Positions 18,817-28,073 are shown, counted from the stretch's first letter. The stretch: DNA of 64,000 nucleotides from an uncultured Acidobacteriota bacterium (GCA_963841605.1 CAWJDM010000016.1:2405-66404), one strand, 5' to 3'. Translations and numbers: made by a program. The notes: generated from the letters alone by a model not told the origin.

Positions 18817-18840
18817 GCGGGAGTTTGCTCCCGCTGTTTT
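18817..18840 (+). terminator. Terminator-like hairpin with T-tract on plus strand, downstream of repeat copy A
   Basis: gcgggag-tttg-ctcccgc followed by tgtttt. There is no annotated plus-strand gene here other than a dubious small ORF starting at the repeat's ATG (18759). Confidence 0.3.
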
Positions 18841-19040
18841 ACCGCGAGGGCGGGTGGCCCATCTGTGCCACGGGATCCGAGCAGTTTTGCGCATTGAGAT
18901 TAGGGCGAGGGCGGATCATACCACACCATTATTCGGCGATTGAGGCTACTGAACCACTCGTGGGTGCCGCACCCTTCCGGTTTCGAAGGGTGCGCGGCCT
19001 CGCGTGAGAAATCGCCTGGAACGCCGCTACGGGCTAGGGA

Positions 19041-19448
19041 TCAAAGAAGCAGCTTCAGAAACCGCGTTGGCGCAACGATTTCTACCCCATGATGAGACTT
19101 GACGTTGAGAAGGGCCGTGTCCCCGCTCACAACGTAGTTAGCGCCGGCAGCGAGCGCAGCCTCCAGGAATTTGTCGTCATCGGGATCGCGGCAAACCGGA
19201 GCCGAAAACGAAACCGGCTGGACCATCTCCGAGTGAAGTTCGATAATTTTAAGGATAGAGCCGAGCAGCGGAACCGCACGATCCTTGGTAAGTTCGGCGA
19301 GGACTCGACGGTACTCGTCCAGAATAGGGGGTGATATTGCAAGTCGAAAGCGCTGTTCCCGCCACGCCTTCAGAATCTCGAATGGAGGACCCTTCCAAAA
19401 CACGCCCGAAATGAAAACGTTGGTGTCGAGGATCGCCTTGATCTTCAC
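19041..19448 (-). CDS. PIN-domain toxin (PIN_3 / TIGR00305-like toxin-antitoxin toxin component)
   Basis: KAILDTNVFISGV...DPDDDKFLEAALAAGANYVVSGD shows the conserved acidic PIN residues. GTG start overlaps the antitoxin stop (GTGA at 19445-19448). Confidence 0.85.
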   Translation of the reverse strand: MKIKAILDTNVFISGVFWKGPPFEILKAWREQRFRLAISPPILDEYRRVLAELTKDRAVPLLGSILKIIELHSEMVQPVSFSAPVCRDPDDDKFLEAALAAGANYVVSGDTALLNVKSHHGVEIVAPTRFLKLLL

Positions 19449-19714
19449 TTCGCGCGACGCCTGGCTTTGGCAATCGCCGATTTCAAATCTCTCTTCGTGA
19501 TACCGGCGTTCTTCGCCGCCGTGCGCGCCTGACTGAGAAGCTTGTCGAAATCCTCTATCTTGGGTGGGGTAATGGCCTTGAGGATCACGGCGTCGCCCTC
19601 GCCGATGACCACAAATTGGTCGCCCTCGCTCAGACCGAGGTTATTGCGAATCTCTTCTGGGATAACGACCTGCCCCTTCGACGAAAGCCTTGTAGTGGCA
19701 TAACCGGGCATCAT
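19445..19714 (-). CDS. AbrB/MazE/SpoVT-family antitoxin
   Basis: ORF 19445..19873 trimmed to Met54 (MMPGYATTRLSSKGQVVIPEEIRNNLGLSEGDQFVV, a SpoVT-AbrB swapped-hairpin motif). 89 aa. GGAGCA RBS. Confidence 0.85.
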   Translation of the reverse strand: MMPGYATTRLSSKGQVVIPEEIRNNLGLSEGDQFVVIGEGDAVILKAITPPKIEDFDKLLSQARTAAKNAGITKRDLKSAIAKARRRAK

Positions 19715-19755
19715 TTGCTCCAATCTTACAGGTAAGAATACCACGAAAACCGCCG

Positions 19756-19860
19756 GGCGGTTGAAGCGAATCTCGGTCAGGATTTTGTCCCTGGTCGTTT
19801 TCTGGACCTCGGTACAGCCTAAATCGGCGTCTATCCGTGCTAGCGTGATTGGAGGTATGC
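19756..19860. repeat. 105-nt direct repeat, copy B
   Basis: ggcggttgaagcgaatctcggtcaggattttgtccctggtcgttttctggacctcggtacagcctaaatcggcgtctatccgtgctagcgtgattggaggtatgc. Same orientation as copy A, with weaker similarity continuing about 40 nt further. Confidence 0.85.
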
Positions 19861-20044
19861 GCGAGACGAGCACATCGCCGGCGAGTTGGCGGCGCGTCGA
19901 AAGACTGCGCGAGGCCCTTCGAGGCTCAGGGCAAGCAAGCCCTGCGCATAGAGGGCGGCAGCCCTTCGACTTCGCTCAGGACAAGCAATCTTCCGGACTC
20001 CAAAACTGCCTTCTCCGTCGTGAGCCACGAGTCGCAAATCTTGC

Positions 20045-20135
20045 CATTTCTAATCGACATTTGGCGATTAGAAATCGTCGTAACTCTCTCAAAACAAAGA
20101 ATCGGGGTCTCTTCTAATCGACACGGTTGCGGCAC
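20045..20135. repeat. Dispersed ~91-nt repeat with palindromic core, copy 1
   Basis: catttctaatcg-acatttgg-cgattagaaat (11-bp inverted repeat at 20046-20075) ...aaaacaaa... tctaatcgacacggttgcggcac. It closely matches 45299-45389 in the same orientation. Confidence 0.8.
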
Positions 20136-20244
20136 TCTTGGGAAACGCAATTGTTCTCCACAAAATTCGCGGAGAAGCGTTACACTAGCCGCCGTTTGGG
20201 GGCGCCGTGGTGGGCGCTGGATTTTTTCGCGGCGGGGGGACGCA

Positions 20245-21891
20245 ATGAATCGGCGATCATTCATTAGTTCCGGGATAGGACTCGGAGCGATTACGATGGG
20301 ATCTTTGATGAGCGGACGGCTGGCGAAGGCGATGGGGGATGGCGCGACTGCGGGCGCGGTCGTCGAAACGAACGCGGGGAAGATTCGCGGCCTGAAAATC
20401 GCGGATGGCAAAGTGCAATGCTTCAAGGGCGTTCCGTACGGCGCTTCGACGGCCGGGAGCGGGCGCTTCATGCCGCCCGCGAAGCCGCAGCCGTGGACGA
20501 AAGTGCGCGAGACGACTGCGTACGGCCTGCGCGCGCCGCAACTCGACAGTCAATTTCATGGTGTGGTGCCGCCAGAAGTTGAGGTGATGGATCCCGGCGG
20601 GCCGATGGGCGAAGATTGCCTCGTCCTGAATCTGTGGACGCCGAGTGTGGGGCGCGGGCACAAGCGCCCCGTGATGATGTGGCTGCACGGCGGCGGATAT
20701 ACGACGGGCTCGGGCGCATTCACCATCTACGACGGCACGGAGCTCGCGCGAAAGCACGACGCGGTCGCGATCTCGATCAATCACCGGCTCGGCGTTTTCG
20801 GCTATCTGTATCTCGCCGAACTGGGCGGAGAGAAATACGCGCAGGCGAGCAACGTGGGGATGCTCGATATCGTCGCGGCGCTCGAATGGGTGCGCGACAA
20901 TGCCGAGGCGTTTGGCGGCGATCCGAATAATGTGACGATTTTCGGGCAATCGGGCGGCGGCGGAAAGGTGAGCGCACTCATGGCCATGCCTCCCGCGAAG
21001 GGACTTTTCCATCGCGCGATTGTGGAGAGCGGCGCGAACGTCCGAGGACTGCCGAAGGAAGTGGCCACGAAGTCGGCCACGGCTTTTATGGCCAAGCTTG
21101 GCCTGCAGCCGAATGAAGTCGACAAGATGCAGCAGCTTCCGATGGATCAGTTGCTGAAGGTGATGGGCGAGATGACCGGCAATGGCATGCCCGGCCCGGG
21201 TAGCCTCGCACTCGCTCCTGTGGTTGACGGCACCACGCTGCCTGTGAATCCATTCGATCCGGTGGCGCCGGCGATTTCGGCGGATATTCCGCTGCTGATT
21301 GGGACCGTCGAAACCGAGGTGACGTTTTTCCCGGGGCAGCAGCTCGATCCGATCGACGATGCCGATCTGCACAAGCGCGTGAAGGGCTTTGTTCGCAAGG
21401 CGAGCGATGAGCAGGTGGACCAACTGATCGCCGCGTATCGCGCCGGGCGCCCGAAGGCGAGCAATACCGACCTGTTTCTGATTATCGCGTCGGATGCGAC
21501 GTTCCGCGCCGGAGTGGTTCTCGAGGCCGAGCGCAAAGCCGCGCAGGGGGGCGCGCCCGTCTATCAGTATTACTTCACGTGGAGATCGCCGGTGCGCGAC
21601 GGGAAGCTGCGCACGTTCCATACGCTCGAGATTCCGTTTGTCTTCGACAATGTGGATGCCGCCAAGTCGATGACGGGTGACGGACAGGACCGCTACGCGC
21701 TCGCGAGCAAGGTGAGCGGCTCGTGGGTCGCATTCGCGCGCACCGGGAATCCGAATCATCCCGGCATGCCCGAGTGGCCGGCGTCTGATAACACGCGCCG
21801 CGCGGTCATGATTTTGAATGATGAATGCAAAGCGGTCGACGATCCCTACGGCAAAGAGCAGCGCATGCTGCACGACCTGCAGAACGCCTGA
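20245..21891 (+). CDS. Tat-exported carboxylesterase/lipase (type-B carboxylesterase family)
   Basis: ORF 19849..21891 trimmed to Met133 (MNRRSFISSGIGLGAITMGSLMSGRLAKA, twin-arginine signal). EDCLVLNLWTP, HGGGY oxyanion motif, nucleophile elbow FGQSGGG. Confidence 0.9.
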   Translation: MNRRSFISSGIGLGAITMGSLMSGRLAKAMGDGATAGAVVETNAGKIRGLKIADGKVQCFKGVPYGASTAGSGRFMPPAKPQPWTKVRETTAYGLRAPQLDSQFHGVVPPEVEVMDPGGPMGEDCLVLNLWTPSVGRGHKRPVMMWLHGGGYTTGSGAFTIYDGTELARKHDAVAISINHRLGVFGYLYLAELGGEKYAQASNVGMLDIVAALEWVRDNAEAFGGDPNNVTIFGQSGGGGKVSALMAMPPAKGLFHRAIVESGANVRGLPKEVATKSATAFMAKLGLQPNEVDKMQQLPMDQLLKVMGEMTGNGMPGPGSLALAPVVDGTTLPVNPFDPVAPAISADIPLLIGTVETEVTFFPGQQLDPIDDADLHKRVKGFVRKASDEQVDQLIAAYRAGRPKASNTDLFLIIASDATFRAGVVLEAERKAAQGGAPVYQYYFTWRSPVRDGKLRTFHTLEIPFVFDNVDAAKSMTGDGQDRYALASKVSGSWVAFARTGNPNHPGMPEWPASDNTRRAVMILNDECKAVDDPYGKEQRMLHDLQNA

Positions 21892-21930
21892 AATCGAACC
21901 TGCGTGTGATAGGAGGGAAGGAGGACGGAA

Positions 21931-22434
21931 ATGCGAATGAAAGGACTGTTCGCCTCGGCCGCGCTTGTCCTGATGGTGGCCGCATGCTCGCAGGCGCCTC
22001 CTCCGGTGCCACCCGACACGCGTGCGGCGGATGCGCAAGCCATCCGCGACGCGATTACGACGTCGTCCGGCGCAGCTGCCAGCAAGGATTACGACAAGTT
22101 CTTCGCATTTTACGATCAGGATGCGTCGGTTTTTGCGCCCGACGCGCCCGTTGTCACAGGCCTTCCTGCAATCAAGACGGCGCTGCAGAATGCGTTTGCC
22201 GATCCAAATTTCGCGATCGACATTCAGATCGCAAAAGTGGAGGTTTCCAAGGCGAGCGACTACGGGTACGCGCAGGGAACTTTTACCCAGAAAGCCACGA
22301 ACCCCAAAACCAAAAAGGCGGAAGCGCGAGAGGGGAAATGGGTGACCGTCTTCAAGAAAGAGACGGATGGTTCGTGGAAGGCGGTGGCCGATATTTTCAA
22401 CTTTACCGGCCCCGCGATGCCCGTGAAGAAGTGA
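21931..22434 (+). CDS. Lipoprotein with NTF2-like (SnoaL/DUF4440-type) fold
   Basis: Signal plus lipobox (LVLMVAAC). About 140-aa mature domain with a DUF4440-like pattern (AIRDAI...KDYDKFFAFYDQDASVFAPDAP...G...I). The family call is tentative. Confidence 0.6.
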   Translation: MRMKGLFASAALVLMVAACSQAPPPVPPDTRAADAQAIRDAITTSSGAAASKDYDKFFAFYDQDASVFAPDAPVVTGLPAIKTALQNAFADPNFAIDIQIAKVEVSKASDYGYAQGTFTQKATNPKTKKAEAREGKWVTVFKKETDGSWKAVADIFNFTGPAMPVKK

Positions 22435-22451
22435 CGCGGAAGGCGCAAAAT

Positions 22452-23672
22452 ATGACGGACACAGGAACAAGGAGAGAACTTACGGTGGAAGCGCCGGTTG
22501 GAGAATTCAATCTCAGCCGTTTGGAACGCGTGATTTCCGGGCCGGGCAAAATCGACGCGCTTGCAAACGAGCTCGATCGCCGCAATCTGAAGCGCGCAAT
22601 CGTCGTCACCGGGAGGACGCTGGGCAAATCGCCGATGCTGGGGAAGGTGACGGGCGTGCTGGGCGCGCGGTGCGCCTGCGTTTTTACCGGCGTCCGCCAG
22701 CACGTGCCGATCAGCGCGGTGCGCGAGCTGCTTGCAGAGGTCGAGCACGTGAACGCCGATTGTCTCGTAAGTTTCGGCGGCGGCAGCCCCATCGACTGCT
22801 CGAAAGTGGCCGCGTACGCGGTGTTGAATGGCCGCGATCCGCTCGCGGCGGCTCTAGCGCCCGGTTCCGCGCCCACCGCGGAGGAATCCGCGCGCGCACG
22901 CGACATCACGCATATCGCGGTGCCTACCACGATCTCGGCCGGCGAGTACACGCACGTGGCGGGCGTCACGGATGAGAGCACGCTGGTGAAGGAAGGCGTC
23001 GGCGATCCGCGGATTCTCGCGAAAACCGTGATCAACGATCCGCTGCTCACGCTCGAAACTCCGGACTGGCTGTGGGTATCGACGGGAATGCGCTCGCTCG
23101 ATCACGCGGTCGAATCGATCTACTCCACGCGGCATCAACTGATGAGCGATACGCTGGCGTCGAAAGCGATCGAGCTGCTCGACGCGCATCTGCCGGCGTC
23201 GATTCGCGCCACGGGCGGCGATCGCGTGGCGCATCGGGGATTCTGCCAGCTCGCGTCGTGGTTTTCGATTTTCGGCGCGCTGAATACGGGTTTCGGGCTA
23301 TCGCACGCGCTCGGCCACCAGATCGGGCCGAAGTGGGATGTGCCGCACGGCGTCACGTCGTGCATCACGCTGCCGCACGTGATGCGTTTCATGGCGGAGC
23401 TGGGGCCGCAGCGCTTCGGGCCGATTGCCAAAGGCTTCGGCATAGCCTTCGATCCCGCGAATCCCAAGCCTGGCGCGCTCGCCTGCGCCGACCGCGTCGA
23501 GAAGTTCATCGCGCAGTTCGATGTGCCGCATTGCCTGCGCGACGCCCGCGTGCCGAAAAGCGAAGTCGGCGAAATTGCGGGCACCATCGAGCACCACTTC
23601 GCGCGGTTGAACGTGGTGGACCGCCCGGTGACGCGCGAGGAAATCCTCGCGCTGCTTGACGTTGCGTATTAG
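22452..23672 (+). CDS. Iron-containing alcohol dehydrogenase family protein (maleylacetate-reductase-like)
   Basis: ORF 21825..23672 trimmed to Met210. Fe-ADH features: VVTGRTLGKS, SFGGGSPIDCSK, and His-rich metal site (SHALGHQIG...HGVTSCITLPHV). Confidence 0.8.
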   Translation: MTDTGTRRELTVEAPVGEFNLSRLERVISGPGKIDALANELDRRNLKRAIVVTGRTLGKSPMLGKVTGVLGARCACVFTGVRQHVPISAVRELLAEVEHVNADCLVSFGGGSPIDCSKVAAYAVLNGRDPLAAALAPGSAPTAEESARARDITHIAVPTTISAGEYTHVAGVTDESTLVKEGVGDPRILAKTVINDPLLTLETPDWLWVSTGMRSLDHAVESIYSTRHQLMSDTLASKAIELLDAHLPASIRATGGDRVAHRGFCQLASWFSIFGALNTGFGLSHALGHQIGPKWDVPHGVTSCITLPHVMRFMAELGPQRFGPIAKGFGIAFDPANPKPGALACADRVEKFIAQFDVPHCLRDARVPKSEVGEIAGTIEHHFARLNVVDRPVTREEILALLDVAY

Positions 23673-23681
23673 CCTGACGGA

Positions 23682-26600
23682 TCAGAAATAGAGTTTGGCG
23701 GCGAGCTGGATGAGGCGCGGATCGGCCGCGCTGACTACGTGTCCGAACGTGGGATCGTTGACTTCGCCGTTGACGGCCGCGGGGCCGTAGAATTGCGCGT
23801 GATTGAAGACGTTGAAAGCTTCGACGCGAATGTCGAGCGATTTTGTCTCGGTGAGCGTGACATTCTTGGTGACCTGCACGTCGAAGTTGCTGATGCCAGG
23901 TCCGTAAAAGAACCTGCGGCGCGCGTTGCCGAGCTGCCCGAGCGATTCCGGCGCGAAAAGCGCGGTGTTGAATTCGGGCTGGCCGTTGCGCGGGTTGGTA
24001 TTGATGCGCAGCGGGCCGGTCGTGAATTGCGGCGTGTCGAGCAGCTGATTGTTGACGCCGTTGCCGAGCGTGCCGAGGAGCGAATTGTCCGAAACGTCGT
24101 AGAGAGTGACCGGGAAGCCGGTGCTGAAACGCGTGGTGCCGGAAATGTCCCAGCCCTGCGTGAGGCGGCGATTCGCGCGGCCGAAGAGACGATCGAAAGG
24201 AACCGTGTATTTGTAAGTCGCGACGAAATTGTGGCGCATATCCCATGAAGAAATCGCGCGGCTGAGCGCGGGATTGAAAGGATTGAGTTCCTCGCCGAGA
24301 TTCGAACCCTGATCGATGGACTTGGCGTAGGTGTAGCCCAGCAGCACGGTGGTTCGCTTCCCGGCGTAGCGGAGATTGGTTTCGAGGGCGTTGTAGTTTG
24401 AATTGGCAATGGTTTCCTGCGCGGTTACCGCGCCATAGTTTCCGTATAGCGCGGGGTTCGCGCCCAACCCGATGTTCCGCGTCCCATCATAAATCTGGCC
24501 GGCCGCAGACTGATACACCGCGTCTTCGCCGTAGGGACCGCAGGTGGCTGTTCCGGGCGCGACTTCACTGGGCTGGCTGAGGCTCAGGCAGAGCGGAGCA
24601 TTTCCGACGTTCGTCGGCAAGAGTTCCAGAATGTGATGGCCTTGGTTGCCCACGTAGCTTATCGTGAGCAAGAGGGTGTTGGTGATCTGGCGCTGGAACG
24701 ACAGCATGTAGTTCTCGGTATAGGGCACGTCGTTACGGTAGTAGAAGTAAGGATCGGCGCTGTCGGGAGTGGCGGCGGCCCAATCGAACGCGGTGTACGG
24801 ATTCTTGGCCGAGACAGTGTGCGGCGGGAACGTGAGCGGATAAGGATTCGTGTTGACCGTGCCATCGCTGGCGTTGACGAAGGGCGTGGCGAAAAGCGGC
24901 GGGCCGGGGCTGAGGTAGTTGTAGCCGAACGGCGGGACGGCATACATGATTCCCGCCGAGATCCCTGGAAAGGCGGTGTAGAAAATTCCGTAGCTGGCGC
25001 GAAGACTGCTTTTGCCGCCGTCGCCGAAAATTATCTTGAGCAAGCCGCGATCGAATTTGGGCGAATAGGCGAGGCCGATTCTGGGCGCGAAATTGCGGTA
25101 CTTGGATGGCGAGATGGTGGAGGGAATTCCGGGATCTCCGGGAACCACCAGGCCGGGGATTGCATTCGGATACAGGACCGACTGCTCGCCGGGGACGACC
25201 GTCTGAAGATTATTGTACTTTTCCGACCACGGCATGATCAGGTCCCAGCGCAGGCCGAAATTCAATGTGAGATCGTTGCGCGCGTGCCAGCTGTCCTCGG
25301 CGAAAAGGCCCGCGTAGCGATTGCGAAGATAAAAAGGCTGGCCGGCGGATTGCGTGAAATTGCTGGGAAGGCCGAGGAGGAAATCGGCGAACGCCGAGCC
25401 GGTTTGCGTGCCGAGAATGTTGAACGTGCCGTTGAATGTGGCGTTGGGATGCTCGTTGACCTGATCGACGTGAAAATCGACGCCGAATTTCAGCGTGTGC
25501 GTGCCGACGACCTTGGAAAGGTTGTCGCCGAGATAGAGCGTGTTGTTCCACTGATCGGTGTTGGTGATGGGCACGCCCATGATGAACGACGGGAAGACAA
25601 TGTTTTCGACGCCCTCGAACTGTGGCGCCTGCACGGTGATGCCGGTGGTGCCTGCGCCGGTGGCGAATCCTTGTGATGCGAGGGTGACGCCCAGGCCGCC
25701 GTGGGGCTGGCCGATGTCGTTTGAGTTGCGGATGAGGCCGACGTGCAATTCGTTGACGGTGTCGGGGCCGATCAGCCGGGTGTATCCAAGAGAAAACAGC
25801 TGAGCTTGGCCGATGGTCAGGGCGTCGAAGCCGGGGACGCTGGCGCCGCCCTGCGCGCCGGGATAGGGATCGTCGAGGCGATAGTTGTCGAGAAAATAGT
25901 AGCCGGCCAATTGGCCCCAGCGAGTGTTCGCATCGATCCGGCCCGCGGCCTTATCATCGCGCACCGTTTGCGAGAACGCGGACGTAGAGAAAAGATCCGT
26001 GCCGATATTAGGCTGTGGAATGTATTGCAGGAGTTGCTGAGCGGGCGCCGACCATTCGCTTTGTGGCAGATTGAGCGTCGGGAGAACACACTGCGAAGGA
26101 CTGCTGCAGCCGGAAACGTAATAAGGTTCGCCCCGATAGATCGTGCCGGGCGCATAGCCCAGCTGAGTGTCGAGCAAGCCGGCTAGATACGAGCCATTGA
26201 CGGTGCCTGTCAATGAACTCGCAAGGTCAGCCAGATTGCCGCCGCGATCCTGAATGGTCGGGACCGATGTCTGCGGCGACGTGATGCCTTGATTCGTGCG
26301 CGTGCCCTGGTAATCGGCGAAGAAGAAAATCTTGCCGCGCTTTACGGGACCGCCGAGAGTGCCGCCGAATTGATTCTGGCGAAAAGTGCCGCGCGTGGCG
26401 GCGAAATAGTTTTTAGCGTCGAGGTCCGTGTTACGCAGGAATTCGAAGGCGTCGCCGTGGAAGGAATCGCTGCCGGACTTTGTGACCACATTGATCATGC
26501 CGCCGTTGTAATTGCCGTACTCGGGATCGAAATTGTTGGTGAGGACGCGGAATTCCTGAATCGAGTCGAGATTGGGGATCACCGACGTGCCGCCGTTCAT

Positions 26601-27278
26601 GTGCTCCTGCACGTCGATGCCATCAACCATGAAACCGTTGGCGGATTCGCGCTGGCCGTCGATCGAGACATCGCCCGGGTTCAGATCGCCCGAGGGATTG
26701 ATGGTGCCGGTGACGCCGGCCATGATGACGGAAGTGGGAGTGAGCGTGGTGACGGGGCTAACGCCGGGTTGGATCGCGAGGAGATCGGTATAGCTGCGGC
26801 CGTTGAGCGGCAGCGCGGTCATCTGCGTGTCGGAAACGACCTCGCCGAGATGCGTCGCGACGGTCTCGACCTGGACTTGCTCGGCGGCGACGGTCGAATT
26901 GACGACGACGGACTGGGACTGCGCGGCCAATTCCATGGAGATATTGATCTGGAGGGCGCTGTCCATATCGACGACGATGCCGGACTTCTGCATGGTCTTG
27001 AAACCCGGCAAGGCGAGGGTCAAGTCGTATGCGCCGACTGGGAGATTCGGGAACGAGTAGTATCCGTTCGCGTCGGAGGTGGTCTTGTACGGCGTGCCGA
27101 GCGAGGTGTTTTTCAGGGTTAGAGCGACGCCGGGGAGGACCGCGCCGCTAGGATCCTTCACCGTGCCGGAGATGCTGCCGCTTGTGGCTGCCTGGGAGAC
27201 GAGAGCGCAAAGGAGGCAGATCGCGACGCTGGCCCATATGCGGGCGAGATTGACGGCGATGCGTTTCCCTGGTCCCAT
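23682..27278 (-). CDS. TonB-dependent-receptor-like outer-membrane protein with N-terminal carboxypeptidase-regulatory-like domain
   Basis: ORF 23682..27461 trimmed to Met62 (signal ...LLCALVSQAA). SISGTVKDPSGAVLPGVALTLKN...NGYYSFPNLPVGAYDL (CarboxypepD_reg). Plug-like segment (LPLNGRSYTDLLAIQPGV). About 900-aa barrel ending in an aromatic residue (...LAAKLYF). Confidence 0.85.
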   Translation of the reverse strand: MGPGKRIAVNLARIWASVAICLLCALVSQAATSGSISGTVKDPSGAVLPGVALTLKNTSLGTPYKTTSDANGYYSFPNLPVGAYDLTLALPGFKTMQKSGIVVDMDSALQINISMELAAQSQSVVVNSTVAAEQVQVETVATHLGEVVSDTQMTALPLNGRSYTDLLAIQPGVSPVTTLTPTSVIMAGVTGTINPSGDLNPGDVSIDGQRESANGFMVDGIDVQEHMNGGTSVIPNLDSIQEFRVLTNNFDPEYGNYNGGMINVVTKSGSDSFHGDAFEFLRNTDLDAKNYFAATRGTFRQNQFGGTLGGPVKRGKIFFFADYQGTRTNQGITSPQTSVPTIQDRGGNLADLASSLTGTVNGSYLAGLLDTQLGYAPGTIYRGEPYYVSGCSSPSQCVLPTLNLPQSEWSAPAQQLLQYIPQPNIGTDLFSTSAFSQTVRDDKAAGRIDANTRWGQLAGYYFLDNYRLDDPYPGAQGGASVPGFDALTIGQAQLFSLGYTRLIGPDTVNELHVGLIRNSNDIGQPHGGLGVTLASQGFATGAGTTGITVQAPQFEGVENIVFPSFIMGVPITNTDQWNNTLYLGDNLSKVVGTHTLKFGVDFHVDQVNEHPNATFNGTFNILGTQTGSAFADFLLGLPSNFTQSAGQPFYLRNRYAGLFAEDSWHARNDLTLNFGLRWDLIMPWSEKYNNLQTVVPGEQSVLYPNAIPGLVVPGDPGIPSTISPSKYRNFAPRIGLAYSPKFDRGLLKIIFGDGGKSSLRASYGIFYTAFPGISAGIMYAVPPFGYNYLSPGPPLFATPFVNASDGTVNTNPYPLTFPPHTVSAKNPYTAFDWAAATPDSADPYFYYRNDVPYTENYMLSFQRQITNTLLLTISYVGNQGHHILELLPTNVGNAPLCLSLSQPSEVAPGTATCGPYGEDAVYQSAAGQIYDGTRNIGLGANPALYGNYGAVTAQETIANSNYNALETNLRYAGKRTTVLLGYTYAKSIDQGSNLGEELNPFNPALSRAISSWDMRHNFVATYKYTVPFDRLFGRANRRLTQGWDISGTTRFSTGFPVTLYDVSDNSLLGTLGNGVNNQLLDTPQFTTGPLRINTNPRNGQPEFNTALFAPESLGQLGNARRRFFYGPGISNFDVQVTKNVTLTETKSLDIRVEAFNVFNHAQFYGPAAVNGEVNDPTFGHVVSAADPRLIQLAAKLYF

Positions 27279-27307
27279 GTGATTTTTCCAGCCGATTAAG
27301 CCAAAAA

Positions 27308-27385
27308 CAGATTCCTCGCTACGTCTCGCGCCCGCGAAAACCGCGGGAAAAGCAAAATCGCGCGAGGCTCCGCTCGGAATGACAG
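27308..27385. repeat. REP/MITE-like element (cagattcctcg ... ctcggaatgacag family), inverted relative to the 45157 copy
   Basis: Its reverse complement reads ctgtcattccgagcg...gcgaggaatctg, matching ctgtcattccgagggcgggtttgcccgaggaatctg at 45157-45192. Internal hairpin cccgcg-aaaac-cgcggg. Confidence 0.5.
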
Positions 27386-27545
27386 GGTCTGAGCGAGTGC
27401 CTGATGAGAAATAAACGCCTTCCGCCTTTTTTCGGAAACTACAAACCCGCGCCTTCCCCATATCTATGGTACTCCAAACGAGGGCGATCCTCTGGCGGGA
27501 TTGTGCAGAAAACCTTCGAGAGAGCCGTGGGATTGCGATTTGGCG

Positions 27546-28040
27546 TCAGGTGCCGTAGTAGCCGATGGCCCGGCCGCCGAGGCCAACGCAGGCCCACAGG
27601 ATAAGGCAAACGACCGCGGCGACGGCTCGCCAGAAACGCGAAAAGCGAGCGTCATCGGCGGTGACCAGTTTTCGGTGGATCGTGAAGGTGAAAACGATGG
27701 CGAGCAAGAGGAAGATCATTTTGAAGTGGAAAGCCGGGCTGTCGTACATCTTCACGGCTTCGGTGCAAAAGAGAAAAAATCCGGAGACGAGCATTACGGC
27801 GAGACTGCCGAGCATCCAGGGCTGGACGTCCTCAGCGAGTTCGGAGACCGGCTCGCCTTGAAAGCGAAAGCCGAGGAGCCGCAGATTCACAATCAGGATG
27901 GTGCCTCCGAGGACGCCGAGAGCGAGAAGATGAAAAATCTCGACGAAAGGGAAGAGCCAGACGGAATCGCGCACGCCGTGGCCCCAGGGCGAAGCATTGC
28001 ACCACTGGCAGAAATGCAGGATGAGCAACCTAAGGTGCAT
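27546..28040 (-). CDS. Four-TM membrane protein, paralogue 1 (I recall this family as DUF6644; unverified)
   Basis: 164 aa. Shares a motif skeleton with the next gene (SxW..P.VE..H.L.L...G......LRLLG...VSE...KMIFL.LA...GRAI.Y). Confidence 0.6.
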   Translation of the reverse strand: MHLRLLILHFCQWCNASPWGHGVRDSVWLFPFVEIFHLLALGVLGGTILIVNLRLLGFRFQGEPVSELAEDVQPWMLGSLAVMLVSGFFLFCTEAVKMYDSPAFHFKMIFLLLAIVFTFTIHRKLVTADDARFSRFWRAVAAVVCLILWACVGLGGRAIGYYGT

Positions 28041-28073
28041 TTTATTCGCGCCTCCTACTTTTTATCGTGGAGC

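Noticed and set aside
18658-19860. Are the 105-nt repeats flanking the TA cassette integron attC sites (a CALIN-type cassette array)?
   Set aside because: The repeat has a GTTGAAG-like motif at only one end, with no complementary RYYYAAC core within the unit. It lacks the extended imperfect dyad symmetry of attC. No third copy follows the next cassette-like unit, and there is no intI nearby.
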